From: Macrostomum lignano
Lineage: Eukaryota
Assembly (NCBI GenBank): GCA_002269645.1
Contig: NIVC01000012.1
Span: 558,001 to 622,000, forward strand
DNA length: 64,000 nucleotides
Direction: 5' to 3'
The notes under the pieces are model-generated. The model was not told the origin of the DNA and did not search any database. It saw only the letters and a program-made list of their open reading frames with translations. Position 1 is the stretch's first letter; each line of letters starts with the position of its first letter. The position numbers and the translations under genes are program-made. Shown here in pieces: positions 44,421 to 64,000 of the stretch.

Positions 44421-44945
44421 GTGGATTAAAGCTGTGAGTAGCTAGAAAGTTACTAACAGTTGGGTTCTGCAATTTTACTCCACTTAAAATTGCTAAATAC
44501 TCCTACATCATCCATATTTATTCTTAAGTTGCCTATCTTGGTTGTTATTTAACTAGTGTTGCAAAACTTTAATAATTCATAATTTCTATGATAATAGAGC
44601 AATTTAGCAAGCGTGTTCTCTTCGAATATAATAATAATAATAATAATTGAACATTTGTTTAAATTTTCCTCTTCCCAGCGGTGCAAGCTCAATTATATCT
44701 CTCTGTCTGTCTGTCTAATTTTTAAACCTGATTCGCTTTTTAAACTTTCACGTCCTGATTGTTTTTTGTTACTTAAAATAAGGACTGAAGAAATTTGCAG
44801 AATGAATAGACAAGGTAAAATATATATTTCATAACCAGAATTTTTTAACGATGAATTAACTGTAGCCTGGTTTTTTGCTGCCCAAAATTATCAATTATTT
44901 TCCATTCTTATTGATTTTTTAAAAATCATTTGATGTACGTATAAA

Positions 44946-46168
44946 CCACCCCATTCTAAGATAATGTACTTCCAATACCCCACCCCATTTAAAGATAATG
45001 TACTTCCAATACCCACCCCATTCTAAGATAATGTACTTCCAATACCCACCCCATTCTAAGATAATGTACTTCCAATACCCACCCCATTCTAAGATAATGT
45101 ACTTCCAATACCCACCCCATTCTAAGATAATGTACTTCTAATACCCCACCCCATTCTCAGATAATGTACACCTCATACCCCACCCCATTCTCAGATAATG
45201 TACTTCCAATACCCCACCCCATTCTAAGATAATGTACTTCCAATACCCCACCCCATTCTAAGATAATGTACTTCCAATACCCCACCCCATTCTAAGATAA
45301 TGTACTTCCAATACCCACCCCATTCTAAGATAATGTACTTCCAATACCCACCCCATTCTAAGATAATGTACTTCCAATACCCACCCCATTCTAAGATAAT
45401 GTACTTCTAATACCCCACCCCATTCTCAGATAATGTACACCTCATACCCCACCCCATTCTCAGATAATGTACTTCCAATACCCCACCCCATTCTAAGATA
45501 ATGTACTTCCAATACCCCACCCCATTCTAAGATAATGTACTTCTAATACCCCACCCCATTCTCAGATAATGTACACCTCATACCCCACCCCATTCTCAGA
45601 TAATGTGCACCTCATACCCCACCCCATTCTCAGATAATGTACACCTCATACCCTACCCCATTCTCAGATAATGTACACCTCACCCCACCCCATTCTCAGA
45701 TAATGTACACCTCATACCCCACCCCATTCTCAGATAATGTACACCTCATACCCCACCCCATTCTCAGATAATGTACACCTCATACCCCACCCCATTCTCA
45801 GATAATGTACACCTCATACCCCACCCCATTCTCAGATAATGTACACCTCATACCCCACCCCATTCTCAGATAATGTACACCTCATACCCCACCCCATTCT
45901 CAGATAATGTACACCTCATACCCCACCCCATTCTCAGATAATGTACACCTCATACCCCACCCCATTCTCAGATAATGTACACCTCATACCCCACCCCATT
46001 CTCAGATAATGTACACCTCATACCCCACCCCATTCTCAGATAATGTACACCTCATACCCCACCCCATTCTCAGATAATGTACACCTCATACCCCACCCCA
46101 TTCTCAGATAATGTACACCTCATACCCCACCCCATTCTCAGATAATGTACACCTCATACCCCACCCCA
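44946..46168. repeat. 33/34-bp minisatellite
   Basis: Unit CATACCCCACCCCATTCTCAGATAATGTACACCT. Confidence 0.96.
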
Positions 46169-46295
46169 TAAAATTCTTCTGGGCTAATTCTTATCAGTAG
46201 TCAGTTTAGGATATGATTTGCACCATAGCTTTGAGAAATGTTTATACGTGATTCCCTCAACTTCAGGATTATTGACAGGATCTGCTGAGTAATTT

Positions 46296-47523
46296 ATGGT
46301 GCTCTACTTTACCAGTCTACATCCGGGTAGTAGCAATAAGTCCTGGTGCTCATGCCGCGGCTGCGTGGCACTGTTAAAAGGCGTCTGTCAGCCGTTATGC
46401 AATTGTAAATTTGTTAGTTGTTCGGTTCACTATTGTTTAAGTAGCAAATCAGGCGAAGGCAACTCATGGCGACTGTGGTACGAGTGCAGATCACGTCTGG
46501 TGCACGGGGTCTTCAAACTGCCAGTGTCAGTGTTTGCTGGCGCTCGCAACCAAGTCCAAGTGTCCTGTAGCCACACAATGCAACAGTTTGAAGTGGTTGA
46601 CAACTGTCTAGAGAGAATTAACAAAGCTATAGCTGATAAGAGAACACCGTATTGCTTCAGACCTGTGTACATTGTGTGCAAAGGTGACAATGGTCACTAT
46701 CAGAGGCCAGTTGATAGCTTGGACAAAGACTTATCAAACGTAGATATTTGTTTGACATCGTCGGCTTTGTCCAGAATTCGATCAGGCTGCCAGCTGCTGC
46801 AGTGTCTGCTGCCCGAACTGCTTTATGCTGAACAGCTGGTTGACAATGGGGATCATTTCGGGTCAGCTATTGCACCGGGAAGTTTCCGTTGTTTGTCACC
46901 GGAGATTGTGACGGTTGACTTAGGTGCTGATGAGGTTCGCCGGATGCAGCCCGCGATGCTGTGGGCTCGTCTGGCTCAGGAGCTGGCGAAGAAATTTCCA
47001 GGTGAGAATGTGTCAGTAATTGCATCAGCCCGCGGGTGTCAAAAATGTCCCGAAAAATCCCCAGATCCCAATCCTCAGAATCCCCAGATCCTATTGCTCA
47101 GAATCCCCAGATCCCAGTGCTCAAAATCCCCAGATCCCAGTGCTCAGAATCCCCAGATCCCAGTGCTCAAAATCCCCAGATCCCAATGACCAGATCCTTG
47201 TGCTCAGAATCCCCAGATCCCAATGCTCAGAATCCCCAGATCCCAATGCTCCGAATCCCCAAATCCTAATCCTCTAATATAGTTTTCCAACATGCCCTTT
47301 CTCTGTTTAGTTTTTTCGCACTGCATTATCTCTGAAAATGTTGGGCTTTTTCATTCTTTCAATGAGCTTTATGGGTATTAATTTGAAATGATTCGACTGC
47401 CATTGTCAATATATTCAAATCACGGAACAATGGGACGCCATTAAATTTGATTAAAAATCCAACAATGAAAGTTGTTTTTGAGTACTTTTGCAAAAGGTGA
47501 TATTTTCTGTTTACTATGTATCC

Positions 47524-47586
<63 letters not shown>

Positions 47587-47587
47587 C

Positions 47588-47637
<50 letters not shown>

Positions 47638-47664
47638 GTATCTATCTATCTATCCATCTATCTG

Positions 47665-47706
<42 letters not shown>

Positions 47707-47707
47707 C

Positions 47708-47754
<47 letters not shown>

Positions 47755-50000
47755 CATCTATCTATCTATTTATCTATCTATCTATTTATCTATCCACCTA
47801 TCTCCCCAACTCCCCAGGCGACCTGCAGTCGGTGAAGTGGCTGGCCTTTCTCTCCTGCAGCCGGTACACCCGGCCAGCCAATCACAGCCGGAGACCCCGC
47901 AGTCACGCCGAGCTGCTGTCCTGCTCTCCCGGTCACGTGAATCTGGGCGCGGGCAACCTGGCCCTGTGCGGCACCTGCGGGTTGCATTTCTGGCCAACTG
48001 AGCTGAGCGGCTGGCAGGCCGCCCTGGGCAGCTCCGACAGCCTGCCAGCCGACATGATGGACCTCAGCGCCGGTCAGACCGGCATTCTGGGCGCCTCTCT
48101 AAGCGCCGATCTTGGCGCCGTTCTGCACGAACTGCTGCACTGCCTGGGGCTGGGCCACACCCGTTCGGGAGTGATGGCCCGCGGCTGCGACCTGCTGCGC
48201 CTAGCAGTGGCGTTTCGCCAGCCAGACGAGACCTGCGCCGCCTGCGCTCGGTTGTCAAGGCGACCGGCGCCTAAGCCTCTGTATTGGTTTGGACAGGTGA
48301 GTCTCTGTTTGCTTTGAGTCACAGGGAGTCATTCTCTGAGTCGCTGTAGCTGTAGCTTCCACTGTAGCTTCCGCTGTAGCTTCCGCTGTAGCTTCCACTG
48401 TAGCTTCCGCTGTAGCTTCCACTGTAGCTTCCACTGTAGCTTCCACTGTAGCTTCCGCTGTAGCTTCCACTGTAGCTTCCGCTGTAGCTTCCACTGTAGC
48501 TTCCACTGTAGCTTCCACTGTAGCTTCCACTGTAGCTTCCACTGTAGCTTTCGCTGTAGCTTCCGCTGTAGCTTCCGCTGTAGCTTCCGCTGTAGCTTCC
48601 ACTGTAGCTTCCACTGTAGCTTCGCTGTAGCTTCCGCTGTAGCTTCCGCTGTAGCTTCCGCTGTAGCTTCCACTGTAGCTTCCGCTGTAGCTTCCACTGT
48701 AGCTTCCACTGTAGCTTCCGCTGTAGCTTCCACTGTAGCTTCCGCTGTAGCTTCCTCTGTAGCTTCCGCTGTAGCTTCCGCTGTAGCTTCCGCTGTAGCT
48801 TCCTCTGTAGCTTCCGCTACAGCTTCCTCTGTAGCTTCCACTGTAGCTGTAGCTTCCACTGTAGCTTCCGCTGTATCTTCCGCTGTAGCTTCCACTGTAG
48901 CTTCCACTGTAGCTTCCGCTGTAGCTTCCGCTGTAGCTTCCGCTGTAGCTTCCACTGTAGCTTCCACTGTAGCTTCCACTGTAGCTTCCACTGTAGCTTC
49001 CGCTGTAGCTTCCGCTGTAGCTTCCACTGTAGCTTCCGCTGTAGCTTCCACTATAGCTTCCACTGTAGCTTCCGCTGTAGCTTCCACTGTAGCTTCCACT
49101 GTAGCTTCCACTGTAGCTTCCGCTGTAGCTTCCACTGTAGCTTCCACTGTAGCTTCCGCTGTAGCTTCCACTGTAGCTTCCACTGTAGCTTCCGCTGTAG
49201 CTTCCACTGTAGCTTCCGCTGTAGCTTCCGCTGTAGCTTCCACTGTAACTTCCACTGTAGCTTCCACTGTAACTTCCACTGTAGCTTCCACTGTAACTTC
49301 CACTGTAGCTTCCACTGTAGCTTCCATTCAGGATTTTCTTAGCTCCGTTTCAGTACATTAAGAACTGTCTTAGTATTGAATATTATAACAAACGTACTGG
49401 GCATTTGAGTACTCGTACTTTTATTACTTCATTAACAGATTAAAATGATTATTTAAACGCTTTCCTTCTCAGGTGACATTCTTGGACCCTGCAACAGCCC
49501 CGGCCTCATCAGCTCCAGCCTCATCAGCTTCAGCCTCATCAGCTGTCTGCTACTCCCCAGATCACGTGTCGGATTTCCGCCTTGGCCCGTCCTGCGCCGC
49601 AATCCTCAGCCATCATCCCTGGCTTAACTGTCATCGGCTTTGGCAGACGGATGACAATTCGAAAATTGACTGTGATGAAGAAGGACCTGCAGATCGAGTC
49701 AGCATCTCTGATGGTCACGTGATCTCTGTTGGCAGCTCGCTCTGCTGCATCGAAATCCGAAGCCTCGAGCCTGACTGCCTGGTGCTGCACAGTCTGGTTG
49801 TCTCTGACTCGACTGTTTATCGAATAGCATTGTCTAGCCTGCCGCTGAGGCGAGTGGCTCCGCCCATGGCAACCGGTTGCTACCTGGTTGCTATGACTCG
49901 ACGAGGATTGCTAGCCAAATTTCGTTTGAGCTTAAATAAGTTCGGAACTCAGTTCACGGCGAGTTCGAAGCGACTCGAAGCTGCTTTTAGCGCTAAGTAA
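46296..50000 (+). CDS. Putative zinc metallopeptidase (metzincin motif; resembles the YIL108W/PF12044-type family), at least 3 exons, about 570 aa
   Basis: Exons 46296-47001, 47818-48296, 49473-50000, frame-consistent. HELLHCLGLGH (HExxHxxGxxH) at 48126-48158, followed by a GVM Met-turn-like motif and preceded by GHVNLGAGNLALCG. Family name is from recalled similarity; both termini are uncertain. Confidence 0.7.
47052..47275. repeat. 23-bp minisatellite in peptidase intron 1
   Basis: Unit CAGAATCCCCAGATCCCAGTGCT. Confidence 0.9.
47520..47795. repeat. (TATC)n microsatellite in peptidase intron 1
   Basis: Direct reading. Confidence 0.96.
48343..49327. repeat. 12-bp minisatellite in peptidase intron 2
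   Basis: Unit TGTAGCTTCC(A/G)C. Confidence 0.96.
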
Positions 50001-50250
50001 AATTTTTGTCTTTCAGTGCAGCTGATAAATAATTCCCGATCCAGTTCATCTCAGTTCCTACTGCATTTCTGCACCCAGCCGCGAGCTCATAAATAAATTC
50101 ATGCTTATGAAGTGCTTATATGACTTTTCAAATTTCATTCGAATAGCCACTTTTATACTTTTATAAACAAATTCATGTCGATTTTAAATTTATTTATCGG
50201 ATAGATCTGTGTGACGCAAGAGGGAAAATAATCTTTTATTAAATTGCTAT

Positions 50251-50260
50251 TTTCTGCTTT

Positions 50261-50315
<55 letters not shown>

Positions 50316-50318
50316 GCC

Positions 50319-50375
<57 letters not shown>

Positions 50376-50385
50376 GTCTGTCTGC

Positions 50386-50429
<44 letters not shown>

Positions 50430-50445
50430 ATGTCTGTCTGTCTGC
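50251..50445. repeat. (GTCT)n microsatellite between the convergent peptidase and LRR genes
   Basis: Direct reading. Confidence 0.95.
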
Positions 50446-50566
50446 CGCAGATGTAACCAGGAAAGCGCCATCTGTCTCAAAGAGCTGCATTCTAAAGCTG
50501 CATTTCAGCTGCACACATCTGTGCAGGAGTCAGCTATGCGAACTAGCAAGCACTGTAAAGCAGTTC

Positions 50567-58875
<8,309 letters not shown>

Positions 58876-59319
58876 CTCATTAGAATGCAGGGAAAAAGAG
58901 CTTGGAGAAACACAGTCTGGGATAATGATATTGGATTTTTAACTTGCAATGAATCGCCTAGAGCTTATGCAAAATATAATAGTTTTATGCTGTTTCTATA
59001 GCCTCTAGCTAAGCCAGCATGAGTTTTAAAAGCTCAACTTTTGTTATACTGCCCATTACAGGACCATTAGACTATACGATAGGCATTGGCTGAGTTGCCA
59101 GCCCCATCCTCCCTGCTGCAACGTCCCTCTTGCCTCACCTCTCTGTTCCGTCTATGAATGCTTTTTATTTTTCCATTCTATCCATTTTATCCTCAGCATC
59201 ATGATTGGTTCTACAGGCAAATACATAAAGGTGCATATGCATAGGTGCGGGAATGCCTTGAGATTAACAACTGGACTGGAGATAATGACAACTCGTGCCT
59301 GTGGATAGTGACTTTTAAA

Positions 59320-59656
<337 letters not shown>

Positions 59657-60373
59657 CTTTAGTTCTGCAAAAGTGCATGGGAGTGCTAAGAGATGAGGGA
59701 TCAGCTCTGCTGGGCTCATAAAAGCATATTCCCAAAATATGATTGCCCCCGCTACCGCAGAACGAGACGGAATGCGAGTCAAAAGCATGCAGAGGAGATG
59801 CGAGGGCAGCCACAGTGCGCAGAAACAATAACAAAATGGTAAAAAACCCGCGAGCCAGACAATACGCTCGTGCGGAGCCTGAGCAGTTGAGAATACGAGA
59901 GAATCGAGACTCTGGTCCATGGCTAAGAGTCATCTTAGCGCATAAAACAGCCACAGGAGGAAAAGCATCTAATAGAAATGATCTTTAAATAAGCAGAAAC
60001 TGACTCTCAACAGTATGCTGAATCCATTGCACCTGGAGTGCAGCCATTCACGCCACTTCGCTTTGATCTGTTCCGCAACTTCTAGGCATACAGCATCCTG
60101 GGATGATGACGGCTTGTTAACTATTTTATGATGATGGAGGCACAACGGCCACAGCAATAAACCAATGCCGATAAAAAATTGCATCCAGGAATTATAATTC
60201 TTCCATGAGTTTCTGCTGCTGTTGCTGGCGACATCGCCTGAAGAGTCAGGTGCACATGAACCCCCCCCCCTTGATAAAGGACTGCAATGCCCAGTGTCAG
60301 TTTGGGGCCAATAAAAATTTACAGCCTGCCAGCCAGGGACGGCACGAGATGCTTTCAGGTATTTTGAGCCGTG

Positions 60374-60778
<405 letters not shown>

Positions 60779-61319
60779 TTCTGTTTCAATATTTCTCTCA
60801 TTCTGATTATAGCCCATCTGATTTTGTCTCCTGCATGTCAAACAACCGCAGGCATACCTAAGGATCATAAATTATTTGTAAGATTCAGCCGCCAGTTTTT
60901 ATGTCTGAAAGAGTTTTACCGACTCAATTCTTCACCAAAATACGAAATGGAAAGCAGTTTTTCCCGCGTATTGAATCGGTAATTGTGGAGAAAAAAATGA
61001 TTGAATACCAAGTGCAACTTTCACTCAGCAGTAAAATTACTACCTCGAGATACAGCAGCAGTCTTTAATACTACTTTATTAATTAGGCTCATGGAAATCA
61101 TAGAATACGAGGAAAAACAAAAAAAGTTTTATTATTGATAGACAGTTTTTGTTGCAATTGAGGCTGTAAAAACAGTTTAACGAGTACAGAGAGTACTCAT
61201 ATTAATAAAAAACGTTGAGCTTTCGCAGTATTAACTGATGCGCGTTGAAAATTGTAAAGGTGCGCAACTTAAAGCGCAAAAGTTAGAAAGCATCTTTTGC
61301 ATTGGTAGCTGAGGGTTAA

Positions 61320-61694
<375 letters not shown>

Positions 61695-61697
61695 ATT

Positions 61698-63434
61698 TCA
61701 GTCCCGATTCTTAGCCGAGCGGCAGCAGAAGCATTTTAACTTCCCCATCATCATCCAGCATCTTTGTTCATTCTCGTTGCACTCGACAACTTCAAGTTTC
61801 ACGGCAGTCGCCCGAGCTCGCAAGACGCGCCGAGTCAGTTCTAGGAAAGCTTCTCGCACGCCCAGACCAGATTTAGCGGACGCAAGTCGATGCCCCATGG
61901 CGAGGCCCCAGCCAGCGGCCCACCGGGCGGCCCGGCTTTTCTCCACCTGAGATTCGGTCTCAGGTATGTCAGCCTTGCAGCCGAGCAGCAGGCTGACACG
62001 CGCGTGGCTTGGGGCCTGTTGGATATTTGAGAATAGCGTGTCCTTTGTATTAATTAAATATCAATGATTAAAACGGCCCTTTTGAGGGTACTAAATTCTT
62101 CTTAGTCGGTTTTCCATTTTCCAATCATAAACTTGTAAGATTCACTCTAACAGAGGCATTCCACCAACCCTTATGATTCATTCTCTTACCCATATGGGAG
62201 TCACTCTCTTACCCATATGGGAGTCACTCTCTTACCCATATGGGAGTCACTCTCTTGCCCATATGGGAGTCACTCTCTTACCCCCATATGAGAGTCACTC
62301 TCTTACCCCCATATGAGTGTCACTCTCTTGCCCCATATGAAAGTCACCCTCTTACCTCCATATAAGTCTCACTCTCTTGCCCCAGAAGAGAGTCACTCTC
62401 TTACCACTTTATGACAGTAACTCTCTTAATTACCCCATATGAGAGTCACTTTCCTACTCCATATGATGGTCACTCTCTTGCCTCATATGAGAGTCACTCT
62501 TTTACCCCATATGAGAGTCACTCTCCTACCCCAAATAAGAGTCACTCACCCACCCACCAAGAAACACTTTTCGACCCACTCTGAGAGTCACTCTCACATC
62601 CTCTATGATAGTCGCCCGAAATTCTTCAAAAACGTTTTGTTCTTCGCTAACCTGGCATCGGACCATTGCATCAAGCTGCTTAAAGCTGTCCCAGCTGCCA
62701 ACATCGTAGACAAAAATGATGGCATCAACTGCGCTACAGTATTCGCGTCGGAGTTCAGCGAATCGAGAATCTCCTGAGGTGTCCCAGATCTGCTGGTGGC
62801 AGGTGACTCTGGATACGACATTGTGGTGAACTTTCTCTTAGCTGATAGATAATTAGTGTAGGCCCTTCCGTACACTGATATGGTGCCACTGACACTCAAT
62901 TAGGAGTCACTGACACAATCAATTAGGAGTCACTGACACAATCAATTAGGAGTCACTGACACAATCAATTAGGAGTCACTGACACAATCAATTAGGAGTC
63001 ACTGACACAATCAATTAGGAGTCACTGACACAACAATTAGGAGTCACTGACACAACAATTAGGAGTCACTGACACAATCAATGAGGAGTCACTGAAACAA
63101 TCAATTAGGAGTCACTGACACAATCAATTAGGAGTCACTGACACCCAATTTAGAGTCGCTATCACTCCAATGATTGATGTAAGATATGCCGATTAGAGGA
63201 TCAAACCATTACTCACACCACTCCTCTCTCACGAGCCGTTTCCTCCTGGTGGTCACCCAGTCGCACATGGGCTAGTCGATAATCCACTCCAATTGTGGGC
63301 TCAGCCTGGGTCTCTGAACAGCTCAGGTACCTGTTGAGCAGGCTAGTCTTGCCGACACCACTCGCACCAACCAGAGCGATTCGAACTACCTCGTTACGGC
63401 GGCAAATTCTTTTGTCTGCTTCAATTTCAGTCAT
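61698..63434 (-). CDS. Divergent Rab-like small GTPase, 3 exons, about 230 aa
   Basis: Exons 63434-63217, 62808-62652, 62015-61698. G1 GASGVGKT, G2 PTIGVDY, G3 IWDTSGD, G4 CKAD, G5 SAK. The exon 1/2 junction and start codon are uncertain. Confidence 0.82.
62170..62560. repeat. 23-25-bp minisatellite in Rab-like intron 2
   Basis: Unit CACTCTCTTACCCATATGGGAGT. Confidence 0.9.
62885..63145. repeat. 23-bp minisatellite in Rab-like intron 1
   Basis: Unit GACACAATCAATTAGGAGTCACT. Confidence 0.93.
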
Positions 63435-63671
63435 TTTCGAGACTTGATTTTGTTCATCGTTTGGCAAGGAACAACTTTTGCACTTATATATTTAATGCAG
63501 AAAAAATATCAGATAAACTTATCGAACCCGTGTAGTCCGGCAGTTTTCTTAGTGCTTTCCGTGTTGCAATCTAAATTTACCTGTTGCAGTTAATTTTAGC
63601 TGGAAATACTTACGAGTACTGCGCGTGTCTAATGTGCTTATGCTACTGCAACAGGCCGACATATTTTTACT

Positions 63672-63935
63672 CTGGCGCCACTGACACTGAAATTCTGGCG
63701 CCACCGACACTGCAACTCTGGCGCCACCGACACTGCAACTCTGGCGCCACCGACACTGCAACTCTGGCGCCACCGACACTGCAACTCTGGCGCCACCGAC
63801 ACTGCAACTCTGGCGCCACCGACACTGCAACTCTGGCGCCACCGACACTGCAACTCTGGCGCCACCGACACTGAAACTCTGGCGCCACCGACACTGCAAC
63901 TCTGGCGCCACCGACACTGCAACTCTGGCGCCACT
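63672..63935. repeat. 23-bp minisatellite upstream of the Rab-like gene
   Basis: Unit GCAACTCTGGCGCCACCGACACT; a GTAAGC donor on the - strand at 63980 suggests it lies in an intron. Confidence 0.93.
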
Positions 63936-64000
63936 GCATAGCGATAACTTGGCGTAATTTCAATTAAATTTGACGCTTACCTGGCACCAAGAGTTCCAAT

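Noticed and set aside
48255-49327. EATAEATV repeat ORFs resembling mucin or antifreeze proteins
   Set aside because: 12-bp intronic array, antisense to the peptidase; open frames are expected from the unit sequence.

Overview
Eukaryotic (animal) genomic DNA with spliceosomal introns; no prokaryotic features, rRNA, tRNA or CRISPR arrays were found. The dense intronic minisatellites, (GTCT)n tracts and polyQ-rich genes suggest a flatworm such as Macrostomum, but that is inference only. I reconstructed eight genes by reading splice sites and checking frame: a ubiquitin-conjugating E2 (5' part only, -), PI4KB (-), SEC31 (-), POLD4 (+), a class III eIF4E with a very long N-terminal extension (+), a metzincin-motif metallopeptidase (+), an LRRC74-like LRR/EF-hand gene (-) and an atypical Rab-like GTPase (-). 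Mobile DNA: a 5'-truncated RNase H-bearing non-LTR retrotransposon, a decayed mariner and two MITE-like elements with 8-bp target site duplications (TSDs). Main finding: the retrotransposon sits inside a coding exon of the LRR gene (11-bp TSD), in sense and in frame, giving a predicted 947-aa LRR + partial RT + RNase H + CCHC chimera. The same gene needs two consecutive GC-AG introns. More than 35 tandem arrays are present; most long ORFs in the supplied track are artefacts of these. All exon coordinates were read by eye and need RNA-seq confirmation.
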